64,000 bases of DNA. Origin: Octopus sinensis. Lineage: Eukaryota. Of the stretch, positions 1-13,431 are shown piece by piece. Position 1 is the first letter of the stretch. Every line of letters begins with the position of its first letter. Location of the stretch: positions 202,058,001-202,122,000 of the forward strand of contig NC_042998.1 in the NCBI RefSeq assembly GCF_006345805.1, read 5' to 3'. A program made the position numbers and the translations under genes. Under the pieces are notes generated by a model. It had not been told where the DNA came from. It searched no databases and saw nothing but the letters and a program-made list of their open reading frames with translations.

Positions 1-1729
1 CTTGAATATTACAATTATATATATATATATATATATAGATATATACGTGTATGTGTGTATGTGTGCGTTGTGCGTGTGTGTAAATGAGATAAAAAGAGAT
101 AAAAGGTATGATACATGGCACACACCATTTACAACGGTTTTATTGAATATGGAACACTGATACGGGAGAGTTGGATTCAACCTTATAATTGGACCTTACA
201 ATTTCTCAGATATGCTGCAATCATTTTGGAAACGGAAATAGAATATGCAACTTTCTCTCACTAATCTATTAATTCGACCCAAAGCAAAGTTTACTACGGG
301 TTGTATTAAGCTCATGATGCGAATGTACAAAATAAAATACGTTGAGGTATTTTAGTTAATCGCTCTATGAACCATATCACCAACTGTCATATTCCATTGA
401 CTATATTCTTAGAGTTACACGCTGTAATAACTACTTCAGTGTCTCTGAAAGCAACTATAAAATACCACCCGATTATATATTTGTTCATCAATAATTTGTA
501 AAATATAAATTATTGAACATAACCATATTTAAGTAACTACTAATATTTTATTTATTACAAAATACTTAGGTACATTTCTGTAATTTGCTTTCCCTAGCAC
601 TTGATTTAGTCATTAATTATTTTTCGTAATGGTTTTAGATATATATTGAAATATACAGCGATTTTTGTTTCCCAGTAGTAGGAAAAATTACTCATAAATT
701 TTACATCATGTATTTTTCAACATATTCTTCATATCGTAGTCTATTGACTAAGATTTATTTTCAGTTATAACTATTATCTCAGCAGCAAATTTAATATTCA
801 TGGTTTCTTTATCACACAGATCAATCCAGTTCTGTTATAAATTGCTCAAATTCATTTCAGTGTGATGCATTTTAGATACAGATTTCAATGAATAGATAGT
901 GTTAATACTTCATTGGTGAAAGCATAACCATTTATTCGGGAGATTTTATATTTTTCTCCTTCATAGCGTGGAAGAAAATGTAATATTTTGTAAGTAATTC
1001 TCAATATCCATGGCGTCTGGCAAGCATATATCATGTGGACTCTCTTCGATCGATAAATTCTGACATGTTATTCATACAATATTGAGATACAGCATGGCAT
1101 ACTGCCATTGTCTGGTCATCTAATACGATTAAACCGGTTTAATAGACAAATGTATTTTTCGGTAAATGGCATATATCTAATCAAATAGCAATAAAGCCAT
1201 GTTTTATATGATCACAGAAGACATGTGTTCATGTCTAAGTATGTATATATAAATGTGTATATATGTATGCATATATGTATTTGAGAACTGCATAGAATTA
1301 GGTTCTCATTAGGTGGTTGTAGTAATCCATAGTCAGAAAGATATCAGTACTACAAACAACAAAGGTAACTAGTTTCATTGATTTCTTACAAGAAGACCAA
1401 ATGTTACATCTTTCTTTTCCTCATAGGAAAGCAAGGAGATATTTATATTCATAGATATACACATACAAATACACACTTGAAAACAATCGCACACGCAAAC
1501 ATGAACACACGAACACACTCATGCACTTGCACGTACACAGACACAGAAACACACACACAGAGAAACACACAGAAATATGTCTTATACATTCAGAAGAAGA
1601 TTGCTAACAGACAAATATTTCCTTGCAAAATTTTGATAAAGTTGCCCTAATTGTAAATAATGAGTGTAGTGTTAAATTGCTTTTACATAAAACTTCATCT
1701 GCAATCAAACATTAATATATACACGTGTG

Positions 1730-1767
<38 letters not shown>

Positions 1768-2101
1768 AGTATGTATGTATATAAGGATATGATCGCTATT
1801 TTTTTTAAATACCGATCATATCAGCTGGCCAGCATGGGAATAAAAACCTTATAGTAATAATTATTTTTTTAATTATAACCATGGTATCTAAAAGATACGA
1901 CGATTCTAAAGATAGAATTCAAAACTTGACTTTGAAACCACATCAGGTATTCATACAGCACAGACAAACAGACAAATACACTAACATAAAATTAAACCGG
2001 TCGTATGCATACGTACATATGTATGTGTGTATATGCATGTGTATATGTAAGTATTCGTATGTTGTATTTATATATTTGTAATTATGTACTATGTGTGTAT
2101 A

Positions 2102-2155
2102 TCCCACTGATGAGACAGAGTATATTTATGCAATGCCAGAAATCTAGATCAGGGA
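2102..2155 (+). ncRNA. Type I hammerhead ribozyme-like motif in a short element ending in (TA)n at ~2310
   Basis: tccc(a)-CTGATGA(2107-2113)-weak stem II-GAAAT(2139)-CTAG palindromic loop-ATC-(a)ggga; putative cleavage triplet AUC 2148-2150; stem I tccc/ggga. Confidence 0.6.
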
Positions 2156-2484
2156 ATATCCAATAATTTTTTGCTAGTTTATATGTCTATTTGTCTTTTC
2201 TTCTGGTGCTATATGAATACTTCATGTGGTTTTAGAGTTACGTTTCGACTGCTGTCTCTAGCATGGTGGTATCTTTTAAATACCCTTAATTATAATTTTA
2301 AAAATTTATATATATATATATACACGTATATGTATGATTGTATGTATGCATGAATGTATGTATCTATCTATCTATCTACTTATGTATCCATGTATGTATG
2401 TATGTATGTATGTATGTATCAATCTATCTATATATCTATCTATCTATCTATCTCCTTCTCTCTCTCTCTATATATATATATATA

Positions 2485-2602
2485 TCACGTGATCACGTGA
2501 CCGACTAGGCTATCAGATGCTGTTACACATCGCTGGTCACAATGCGCTTCGCATTGTTTTAGCCTTCGAATTACGCCACCCCGCTGGCTAAGCGAGCAGG
2601 CC
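2485..2602 (-). mobile_element. SINE 3' tail fragment (same tail as the SINE at 61181-61415)
   Basis: Reverse complement matches 61299-61415 (ggcctgctcgcttagccagc...ggtcacgtgatcacgtga). Confidence 0.85.
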
Positions 2603-2612
2603 CTCTCTCTCG

Positions 2613-2643
<31 letters not shown>

Positions 2644-3959
2644 ATATCTATATATATATATAATATATATATATATATATAACGGTGTTTCTCGTCGTGA
2701 AAGCGTGATTGAGCGCTTAGTAAATTAAGGCGGTAATAATGTTCCATGGACACGTACGCGTCTCTTGAGGCCTGCTGGTTCTTTGGAAGCATTTTGGCAA
2801 ATTGGACAAATTTACTCCAGTGGTTGTGGATCATTACTACGTCTTTTCTAAAACGGACGTTAAAGCCTACTTTGCTCCGAGCATCAACATCACAATGGCA
2901 GGTAAGGTTTACATTGACAGGGGCGGCGTTTTTCCAACGTGCTTTCTTGGTCTGGTCTTAGCATAATCTACCTAGATTCTTCCCTTTTCCTTAACCAATC
3001 AATGTGCCGATTGCTCAAGCCTACGGAAAGAGCAGTAACTCAAATTTATTAAAATAAAGAAATATCCAGTGACGATTATTTACGCCCATGACTTATACAT
3101 ACACAAACACATACTCACACATACAAACACACATAAATACGCACACACACGTATATGTATATACATACATATTTGTGTGTATATATATATAAATTTATAT
3201 ATATATATATGTGTGTGTGTGTGTGAGAGTGCGTGTATGTGTGTATATATGTATTATGTGTTTGTGTAAATATATATAAGTATGTGTATATATATGAATA
3301 TTCATATATATATATATATATATATATAGGTAAACAGTAAAAATAATTACAGACATGGACAAGAACATGAAACACCACAGAGACGACACAAGAACCACAG
3401 GACGGGACATTCGAAGCCCTCAGTCATCAGTCAAGAACCAGATCATCTTAGCAATTTCGGCTGATTAATCTTGAGATTGCTCCGATATGGCCAGCCCGCC
3501 AAGGGAAATCTAAGCCAAGCGCATTAGATCCCCTGGAAGAAAGCTTCGAATGTATACAACACGAGGACGGAAAACGAACGAAGTACACGAACAAAAATAC
3601 AGAATACGTGACACCAATAAGAATACAAAAACGTAAAAACAATAACGGTAAAAATAAAAATAAACAACAAAACAAAACCAGGACGTAGGACAAGGGTCTT
3701 TCGACAGGACGAGTTGAGTATGGGGCTGGCTTGTGAAGTTGTGCCTAATGCCGCGGGGAGACGAACAAATACGTGTTGCTTCTGCGACTGCTGAAACGAA
3801 AAGAGCGCTCACAGCGGCTAGCGGTCACGTGAGAACAAAAGACAGGAGAAAGGGACAGATGAAAAGAGAGAGAAGGTGGACGAGGGAGGAGAAGAAAGAG
3901 ACAGATCGAGGGGGCTGGAGGTGAGAGAGATAGAGAACGTAGAAGGGGGGGGGGGGAAA

Positions 3960-4220
3960 TATAATATTATTAGAGACAAAACCACTATTTTGCAAAACAA
4001 ACAAGGAAAGACTTAATCAATACAAGAAACAATTGTAGTGGCGGTTTTTTTTTACTTTTTATTAAAATTTTATGTATTGATTAAGTCTTTCCTTGTTTGT
4101 TTTGCAAAATAGTGGTTTTGTCTCTAATAATATTATATAATATTTTACTATAAAATTGGATTTAATCCTAAATCTGATTTTTTCCCTGTAAATTTGGATT
4201 TATATTCCCTAATATTTATT
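3960..4220 (+). mobile_element. Short (TA)n-tailed element with a 5' inverted duplication and the 3' half of a hammerhead
   Basis: 3960-4025 is the reverse complement of ~4073-4138; the spacer begins GAAAC-AATT-GTA (4026-4037); the element runs into (TA)n at ~4220. Confidence 0.7.
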
Positions 4221-4227
4221 ATATATA

Positions 4228-4293
<66 letters not shown>

Positions 4294-4300
<7 letters not shown>

Positions 4301-4517
4301 GTGAATTGAAGAAATGGAGCTGAACGCAGATGCGTTCAGCTCCATTTCTTCAATTCACCAATAATGTTTTAATTTCAATTATCCGCACCAACGCACGGTT
4401 GCAACGCCAGATGGTTGTACCTCCAACCGTGCTGTTCACTGCTGTGATTTTTGCTACTAAGGTATCGGTTAAACTTTTGATTAATCTACTACAAGATTAT
4501 TCATCTTTCTATTTCAC

Positions 4518-4520
<3 letters not shown>
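4294..4520 (+). repeat. Short element between (TA)n tracts with a perfect 35-bp-arm hairpin at its start
   Basis: 4294-4328 and 4331-4365 are exact reverse complements with a 2-nt loop (GA); flanked on both sides by (TA)n. Confidence 0.85.
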
Positions 4521-4558
<38 letters not shown>

Positions 4559-4635
4559 ATTGGGGGATTAGTCAATATGCAGGTATTCTATTTCAGATAA
4601 TACAAAAATAACCTAATGAGTATATCTGACGGTAA

Positions 4636-4702
4636 ACTGAAGGTACCAGTTTGCACATCATGAAATATAAACGTTATCTTTTGGTGGTATCATCAGTTCA
4701 GT
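4636..4702 (-). ncRNA. Degenerate hammerhead-like motif in an element between (TA)n tracts (~4555-5035)
   Basis: Minus strand: actgaa-CTGATGA-tac...gtg-CAAA-CTGG-TA-ccttcagt; G12 altered and stem I offset by 2 nt. Confidence 0.4.
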
Positions 4703-5051
4703 CGTTAATAATCAACGTTTAATGCATCAGCGAGATACCTGCAACATCAGAGTCCTGAAGATATTCTGGTATTCAGCATATCTTCGCCGCCGGATTTCAG
4801 AGGCAATCGGTGACCGGACAGCTTCTACTGATGATTTCCAGTAAAATCAAATACGGGGGTTCCGAGGCACATCATAAGCTGTTCTTTCCAGCTAAGGTCT
4901 ATGCCTGTTCTTTTCTGTACCAAACACCTACATGAGCTGCTCCCTTACGGCGAGTAACACAGTATTCCATGTTCTAACAAGATATCCTAGTTAACTTATA
5001 TATAAATATTAATTTGTGATAGTTATACTGATTGGAAATATATATATATAA

Positions 5052-5119
<68 letters not shown>

Positions 5120-5439
5120 GATATAATATAATATAATATATAATATGCCTGTGTGTGAATATATATATATATATATATATATGTATACATGTATATATAC
5201 ATATACATTTATATGTCTGTATGTGTGTATATGCATATATATATATTAGAAAAATAAGATATTCAGAGATCTGGATGGTTGTACATATACAAATAGTTAT
5301 TAACATGTCATGTTTTTTACAAATCACGAGAAAATATGTGATTTGTAAAAACATATTTGTATATGTACAACCATCCAGAACTTTGAATACCTTCTTTATT
5401 CTAATATATAGTATCTGTACATCACCTCCAAACGTTCTA

Positions 5440-5499
<60 letters not shown>

Positions 5500-5507
<8 letters not shown>

Positions 5508-6945
5508 TCATCTATTTACATAATATCGAGGTCTCTTTCATTCTTTGTTTGTCTTATTTAATCTTCATATATATATACAACCGCCACCGACACGGCTCTG
5601 GGAACATCCGCCGCCATATCTACGACTGCCGGCAATGTCCCGTTTCTTCTCCTCTTCCTCTTTTTCCTTCTTGACTGGGGAAGTTTGCGTCTCCTCCATG
5701 ACCTGGAGATTTGTCTCCCCTCCCTCATCCCAAGGATCCTTCGGTGAGCACCCATTACTGCTCACCTTCTTCTTTTGCGCTTCTTATTTAAGGAGTCCTC
5801 CGTCTCCTCGGCCGCCTTCATTCCCTCCTCTACAGAGGCCTCCGTCAACTGCTCCAGGACTTTGCTTTGCCATTGAGGACAGTTCTTGTTTATATGGCCA
5901 GGCCCCAGACACCGATGACACTTGGAGGGAGGCGTCCTTCAAGCATACTTAGACCCAGCCATTCCCCAAAATCTGGACCCACTAGACTTTTGGTTGACTG
6001 GGTCCATAGGGGGAAAACAGCTTATGATCCCTGCCAGTCAGCCGCAGGCAGAATATTTACGTTGCGAAGTTTGGTGCTACTGCCACCCAGACTCCGGCGG
6101 ATATTATCTCCTATCCACTCGGGCTCAACTCCGGGGGGAAAGCTGCTAACCCAAGCCCTCGTCAACTTCTTGACCTCCCGAGAGATAAACTTAATCGCTG
6201 GCTTAAATTCTGCCAGCTCTCTTTGGATTATGTATATATTTTTTTCAAAAAACGGCAATAGCGTCGGGGGTCCTAGAGTAGATCCTCCAAATAACCGTCT
6301 TACATTCAAGTTCTTTTAACCATCTTTTGGGTGGTATAATTTCCCACTCCACCAACTTTCCTTTGTTATTTGCCATGTGTTTTTACGTTCAAACAATACA
6401 GTTCTTGAATAACAATTATAATTTAGGAAAAAGAAGGAACAGAAAAAAGTCCAAACAAAAAGGAAGTAGAAAAAATTAACATTTCAATAAAGAGTTTTGT
6501 TTTTAATAAAACATAGATGAAGAGAGAGCAACAGTTCAAAACACAGTAAAGGCCACTCGGTACTGCCGGGCAAAATAATACCGCAATTGTTAAACAGTTA
6601 ATTGCTGAAAAATCATTCCATTTTTTTTCTCATAGGTACTCCTTGACAGGAACAATAATGTTGAAATCTTTTTCTAAAAATTCCCACGGAGATATTCTTA
6701 GACAAACACTCTCACCAAAACAATAAACTTCACAATAAACTGAAAGAAATTTTCCCTCAGCCTCAGGCAGACGAGAATCCAGTGAAGATTCTTTGTTTGT
6801 AAAAAAATAATTGCGACAAACAACAGGCACACACTAGACCCAAATAAATCTTATCTTACAGCTGAGTTTCAAAAATCTTCAATTTAAGACGGCTTCAAAA
6901 ACACGTCTTACAGTTTCAGTGTCAAACACAACTCTGATTCGCACA
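5500..6945 (-). mobile_element. Decayed ORF1-only non-LTR-like element (CCHC zinc knuckle)
   Basis: Minus strand ~5940-5865 reads EGR.../KCHRCLGPGHINKNCPQW (CX2CX4HX4C, frameshifted), followed by an E/K-rich tract; upstream fragment RAWVSSFPPGVEPEWI; no EN/RT seen before the (TA)n at ~5500. Confidence 0.6.
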
Positions 6946-6959
6946 TGCGCAATAAGGTA

Positions 6960-6993
6960 GGCAAGCTACTTACCACACAGCCACTTCTGCACC
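6960..6993 (-). mobile_element. SINE head fragment (family of 35712-36122)
   Basis: Minus strand aggtgcagaagtggctgtgtggtaagtagcttgc matches the 5' end of the 35712-36122 SINE. Confidence 0.7.
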
Positions 6994-7306
6994 TATATAC
7001 ATAGTTTTTCTACGTTTTCTCCTAGTGAATCTCATTGCTTTTGGACATACACTTTTCTCATATACATCAGTAATGACATTCTCATTGGTAATGTTCTCGC
7101 TGTGTATTGACCAAATGTAATTCTGTTCCCCAAGTATATTGCACTTCATATTCGAGGCTCCAATGAATAACAACTCGAGATTTTTCGAATACTGGTTTAT
7201 TTATGAACTGATAAATGATCCAAAGAGAATAACATTTCATCAAAACTACTTATATTCAAATATTTTCAATACACACACACACACACACACACATACACAC
7301 ACACAC

Positions 7307-7340
<34 letters not shown>

Positions 7341-7353
7341 TATATATATATAT

Positions 7354-7390
<37 letters not shown>

Positions 7391-7493
7391 CATATTCAGG
7401 CACTCAACTACATCTTATAGACGAAAGCTGCCAGCTACTGAAGTTCATAACACAGCCATTGTTTTTCATGTCACATATTTTCTGCTTTTTCTC

Positions 7494-7542
<49 letters not shown>

Positions 7543-7556
7543 AAATATATATATAT

Positions 7557-7764
7557 AAAGTTAATCCAAACAAGAAAACAAAAACAAAAAAAACAACAAC
7601 GCAAGGACGTGGAACAAATAAAGTATTATTGGACGCTCAGGAAAGAAGGGAAGAAGGAGGGTTTGACGTTTCGAGCTCTTCGTCGGAAACATAGGAGAAG
7701 GAAAGATCCCGAGAAGGGAAGACAGGGGATAAAAATCGCTAGAGGTACAGACGAGGTCACACAC

Positions 7765-7768
<4 letters not shown>
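7557..7768 (-). mobile_element. Short microsatellite-embedded repeat with a minimal hammerhead-like motif (7661-7690)
   Basis: Minus strand gttt-CCGACGA-a-gagctc-GAAACGTC-aaac; second copy at ~37170-37310; flanked by (TA)n. Confidence 0.65.
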
Positions 7769-7828
<60 letters not shown>

Positions 7829-8326
7829 CTATCACTACAGGTTACCGAAGGGTGCAATGGGCACAAACATTGCTAGAAGTAGGAGTCAATGACTCCTTAG
7901 CCAAGAAATGCTATATTTTCTATTTAGAGTGACAAAGGAAACAACATCTCTCCACCGCTGAACGAGCTGTAATAGATTGACATGTTAATTTCGTATAATT
8001 TCTTTTACGAAGTTAACATGTTAATCGAATGCCGTTCGCTCACTGTGGGGGACACGTTGTGACCCCTGTCAGTGCAAACAGAATATGTGATATTTTGTGA
8101 CTAAGGAGTTTTTGAGTGCTATTTCTAGCAAAACTGGTGCTCATTATATCCATTGGTCACTTTTAGCGACAGTGAATTAGATAGATGGACAATAAGATAG
8201 ATAGAAATGTTATATGCATGACATATACATAATTCATAATAAGCTAAAAAGTTCACAGATATCATTAATAGAATTGCTTCGTTGCTAGTCAACTGACAAT
8301 TCACACTTAATCCTTATATATATATA

Positions 8327-8394
<68 letters not shown>

Positions 8395-9099
8395 ATACAT
8401 ACATATACATAAATATATATAAATATACACACACACATATGTATGTATATATATATATACGAACACACACACACATATATATATATATAATATTTGAATA
8501 TAAGTAGTTTTGATGAAATAGTATTTTCTTTGAATCATTTATCAGTTCATAAATAAACTAGTATCCGAAAAATCTTGAGTTGTTATTACTACATAACACT
8601 CACACGCAAGCTCATATGGGTGTGCGCGCGCGCGTGTGTGTGTGTGTATCTGTGCATGTATATGTGTGTACATGTGTGTGTGTGTGTGTTTGGGTGCGTA
8701 TATACATGGGCGTGTTTGTATAAGCGCTCGCGTGTTTACTGAAATACAAAAAGAACGAAGAACAATAAAATATTCATATGTTGTAGAAATAGTGTTCATA
8801 TTGATAAAGAACAAAATATGTCACCGATAAAAAAAAAACAACGAAAACTAAAGCAAATAAAATTAAACAGACTCATCAAAAATTATATTATTGAAATATG
8901 TTCTGCATGTTCTACTCTTTGTAAGATTGCTTCGTTCATAGGAAATAATAAACTCAAGTCACGATTTGCGAAGTACTTCGCTGCCTTTCTATATAATACG
9001 AACGAAATAGCTCTAATTTCAGCAGTGCTTATTACACGCGTTACATTTTTTGTGCACACAGTAATATGGATGTATATGTGTATATATGTGTATATATAC

Positions 9100-9191
<92 letters not shown>

Positions 9192-9247
9192 GTATATATA
9201 TAATATATATATATATTAATATATATATATATATATATACAGATATA

Positions 9248-9632
9248 TATAGCTAAAATTTAGATTCAGATGAATATTGTACTTATGTTGAGGCACCAGA
9301 ATTTAGTACCATATCTTCCATACAATTTCAAAATAAGGTGATTAAGATCAAAACGAGCAACAAGATATCCATATATATAAACGAGATATCCAGAGGTAAT
9401 GCACTACGATCGTTTCACGCAACTCCATTTAGTTCAACAATGCAACCATTACATCAATTTAAGTGCAGAGCTACCCTCAGCTGCACAGATACAAAGAATT
9501 AAATTCATTTAAAACAGATGGACATTGGTATAATTTTACTTAAAATCTCCCAAAAGTTAATGAGATAGACAAAGCACATGCTGCCTTCACTTCAGCTTAG
9601 AAGCTACTAAGGTATCAGGAAGAAAGACTTGT
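9248..9632 (-). mobile_element. Short (TA)n-tailed element with a hammerhead-like motif (9400-9486)
   Basis: Minus strand tgcag-CTGAGGG-tagctc...gagttgcgt-GAAAC-GATC-GTA-gtgca; palindromic loop III; A9 appears mutated. Confidence 0.6.
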
Positions 9633-9658
9633 TACATATATATACACACACACACACA

Positions 9659-9701
<43 letters not shown>

Positions 9702-9724
9702 CACACACATATGTGTGTGCATGT

Positions 9725-9910
9725 TTTTGAGTCTTTGTTTGTCGCTCCGCCATCGCTTGACAACGTTGGCCTGTTTAAGTCCTCGTTTCTTAGCAAGATG
9801 AAATAAGTACTAGGCTTACAAAGAATAAGTCCTGGTGTTGATTGGCTCGACTAAAGTCGGTGATCCAGTATGGTCGCACTTAAATGACTGAAACGAAGAA
9901 AAGAATAAAA
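9725..9910 (+). mobile_element. SINE 3' half (family of 35712-36122)
   Basis: taagtactaggcttacaaagaataagtcc...tgactgaaac matches the minus strand of 35712-35900. Confidence 0.8.
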
Positions 9911-10189
9911 AGAATATATATGTACATACACACATATGTGTGTGTATCTGTTGTCCGTGTGTATGAAATTTCCATAAACTTTTATAGTTTGTGTTCTCCA
10001 GTGGTAATGTGAAAATTATAACTCCCCTGTCATTGCATTGACTTGTGCTATATTGGTGGTTATAAAGAATTTTGACACTTATTGCTAGCAATGTAGTTGT
10101 TCTAATGCACCCTCAGTCTCCATTAAGTGACAGTTGAATTCTTCCTCTTTGGCTTTATACTGCGTCTAACCAAGTTTGTTCTTCATATT

Positions 10190-10482
10190 GTTGCGTCTTC
10201 CTTCTTGATCCATGCCTGGCTCACAAGGGCCAGTTTCATTGGCGTATAGGTTTTTTATCTGGACGGTATACTGGTTCGCCGCATGTGAGATGCTAGATGC
10301 AGGAAGAAAGAGTGACAGAAAGTTGTGGCGAAAGAGTCAGCAGAAGTTCTCCATTACCTTCTGCCGGAACCACATGCAGCTTAGGTTTTTCGCTCATAAA
10401 CACACACAGCGCCCAATCTGAAATTCGAACACATGATTTCTCAACTGCGAGACCGCTGCTCTAACCACTACGACATATGTCT
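10190..10482 (-). mobile_element. Diverged tRNA-derived SINE (head shared with the 13432/52776 family, different tail)
   Basis: Minus strand tagtggttagagcagcggtctcgcag...gttcgaat A/B-box head; gagcgaaaaaacctaagctgc body like 52860-52950. Confidence 0.7.
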
Positions 10483-10501
10483 CAACCTAACCATGTTTGC
10501 C

Positions 10502-10853
10502 ATTTTATAATTTTCACATTACCATTTTAATGAATCAACCATTGATTCTTATGATAAAATCTATATACTGACAATTAGCATTTGACTTTATTTAAATGCG
10601 ATAGAATCGTACTATTGGTGAGCTATAATTTCAAGCAAAATTGTTTTGCTAATTTAGTACCGTCTCTTGCTATCGAGCGCTTGACTCCCCAGTCCATATA
10701 TGGAGTTGTGCTATGTTCGTGGCCACAAGAGATTTTGACTCCTCCCATTTCTAGTAATGTAGGTGCTACAATGCACACTCAGTCACTTGCATTGGCAATA
10801 GAATACCTCTTTTTTTAGTTTTATATTGCTTCTAGCCAACTTTATTATTATTA

Positions 10854-10888
<35 letters not shown>

Positions 10889-11471
10889 GTATCACCATCA
10901 TCATAATTATTATTATTACTATTATTGTAGTATGATTTTCAACAAGTAATATTCATCAGATCAAGAGAATAAAATATATTGTTTTAACAAAATCCACAAA
11001 AAGTTTATACGAATAATCATCAGGTAACACAGACTTGTCGTGGCTGCACATGCAGAGAAAAATTCAAATATCCTCTAGAGCAGTGCTTTTCAAACTATCT
11101 TCATACATGAAGGAGTGGAGGGGTCAATCACTCAGATTAGCTGGTGATGACACACAAATCGGTGAGAAAATTTGTGAAATGGTACCAAAAATTTCTTGTA
11201 CATAGTTGACATATGTATCATGAACTCACATTTTATTTGGCAAATGCTTGGCGGTGTGGTGAATGGATTGACATTCGGGAAATTATTGTTCCGTGAAATG
11301 ATAGAAGCATGATACATGTCTGAATGTACAGATTTTGCTTGAAATTATAGCTCACCAATAGCACGATTCCATCGCGTTTAAATAAAGTCAAATCCTAATT
11401 GTCAGTATATAGATTTTATCATAAGAATCAATGGTTGATTCATTAAAATGGTTATGCGAAAATTATAAAAT
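10502..11471. repeat. ~140-bp inverted repeat pair enclosing ~690 bp (possible MITE)
   Basis: 10502-10641 is a close reverse complement of 11332-11471; the interior contains (ATT)n at ~10843-10925. Confidence 0.85.
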
Positions 11472-11479
11472 CCCCACGT

Positions 11480-12054
11480 CAGACTCTCTCCTCGCCGCAC
11501 GGTGAAGAGACGTGGACATTTTCCGCGACTGTTTTCCTACCACCGCAAAGAAGACAGAGATACACAGTATGTAAAGCAAGACAGAAACGTAATGAAACTA
11601 GACACTATTGTTCACAATGTGGTATGGCACCGTATGTAATACACCTTTTGGAACTCTACCACACTAAAGTCAATTTTTTAATTCACGTGATTGTAAATCC
11701 ATGAAGTTGATCTGAATTGTGCTGTCAAGTGATCTTATTCAGAAGTGATAACCGAATGAGTGTCCTGCACAGGGATAGAATTTAGGTAAAAAACAGTACT
11801 TGTACTAAAACGGTTGACGTAAATATTCGCCGAACGTTATCTCGCAATGAGAGCTGACCTCAATCGACGCGACTACCGTTGCCGCGCGCAGGCAACCGAA
11901 TGAATCACCGCCGTAAACTGGTTAAGGTGGTTCACGGGGTTCATGTAAATATTCGCCGAACCATTGTCGTGCGCTAATTGCTGATCTCAGTCGAGATTAT
12001 TACCGTCAATGCAACCTAGTGGCTTGATTTAAAGAACCGTCGTCATGTGGTTAA
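11480..12054 (+). mobile_element. piggyBac-like transposon 3' end (decayed Cys-rich domain plus terminus)
   Basis: RGHFP...YTVCKARQKRNETRHYCSQCGMAPYVIHLLELYHTKVNF* (stop ~11680) resembles the piggyBac C-terminal domain; downstream repeats end in GGTTAA at ~11925 and 12054. Confidence 0.65.
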
Positions 12055-13431
12055 AGAAGAGAAACTCAGTTACGACTTCAAATGCAATATCCTTTTTTAT
12101 AATAAAACCTATAAAAATGGGTCCAAATCATATTCCATATGCTCGCAGGAAAAACTGTAATTTCAAAATCAATTGAGGATCAACAGTGGTTTGATTATGT
12201 TGGTATAGAATTTCTTAAAAAACAAGAAATAACAATAGTTTTATTAATTTGTTGAATGATTAGGAGCATGGACGGTGTTAGTTTCAGGTGTTCTGGTAAG
12301 CAAACATATAACAACATGAAGTGAGCTACTTCGTTAATTGCCTCATTGCCTAGACATTAAGTATCCCTGCTCCGTGAAAGTGTATATATAATACAGTGTA
12401 CATTTAAACACATTAAGAGGTGTCCATCATAGGACTACCTTACGCTAGAAGGAACAGCTAAAGTTCAAACCACTAATTAGGGATAAATTCTCGAAGGGAA
12501 TGAAATATTAAAAACATTTACCATATATTTCCTGGACCGGTTTCTGATTTTTTTTAGCAAATAAAATAATTAGCTTGGCGAAGTCTTCGTCAACAGGCAC
12601 GCCAAGATTAAATATATAAACACGAAGCCAATCCAGCATGTACCTCTTGCTTACATATTTTAATTCTTTTCAAATCCACCGCGCAAGCGCAGTTTTTTCT
12701 ACATGATTGTGTGTGTGTGTGTGTGTTGTGTATACATATATATTTATATATGGGGTGTGGTATTTCAGTGTATGTGTGTGTGTGTCTGTATGTATATCTT
12801 AATTATGCATGTTCGAGTGTGGAGATATATGTACGCATAGATGTTTATGTATGTACTGTGTATATATTCACCAACACTTTGACATGAGTGTGTAAAAGAC
12901 ACACAAATTTTCCGTTCTTCATTTATTTATCAAATTACTTATTGAACAATATATCGAGCAAAGTGTTTCATATCCATGTGACATTGTATTAAATATTCAT
13001 GAGACGTTGAACTTATAATCTATTCTAGAATTATGCAGAGAAATCCTGTTATCACTGGTTATATAAATCCAGAACTTTAACTAGTTTGGTAAGGGCTAAA
13101 CGAAACTCGCGGCACTTGGGTAACTCTCTTGTTTCTGCTAAACATTAAAATATATATTTTGCGTTTTATTATTATTTTTTTTGTTTGCTTAACTTATATA
13201 AATGCCATTATCATTAGTTACAGGATTGTAACAATACCATTCGCACTGAAAGCACATAGAAGTTTGTTTACAAAAACAACTACGAGCTAATATAGTTCTT
13301 AAATTTAACAGAAACAGAGAGGCTAATTCGCTGGTGTAACACTTAGTCGCGTTAACAAAGGAATACAGGTTAGTGCCCCATGCAGATGGGAAAGCCTACT
13401 TTTTTTCTACTTAAAAATATTGAAACACACA

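Noticed and set aside
3330-3720. Possible hammerhead on the minus strand (CTGATGA at ~3424-3430)
   Set aside because: No GAAA at the right place and no convincing stems; probably a repeat, but a ribozyme is unsupported.
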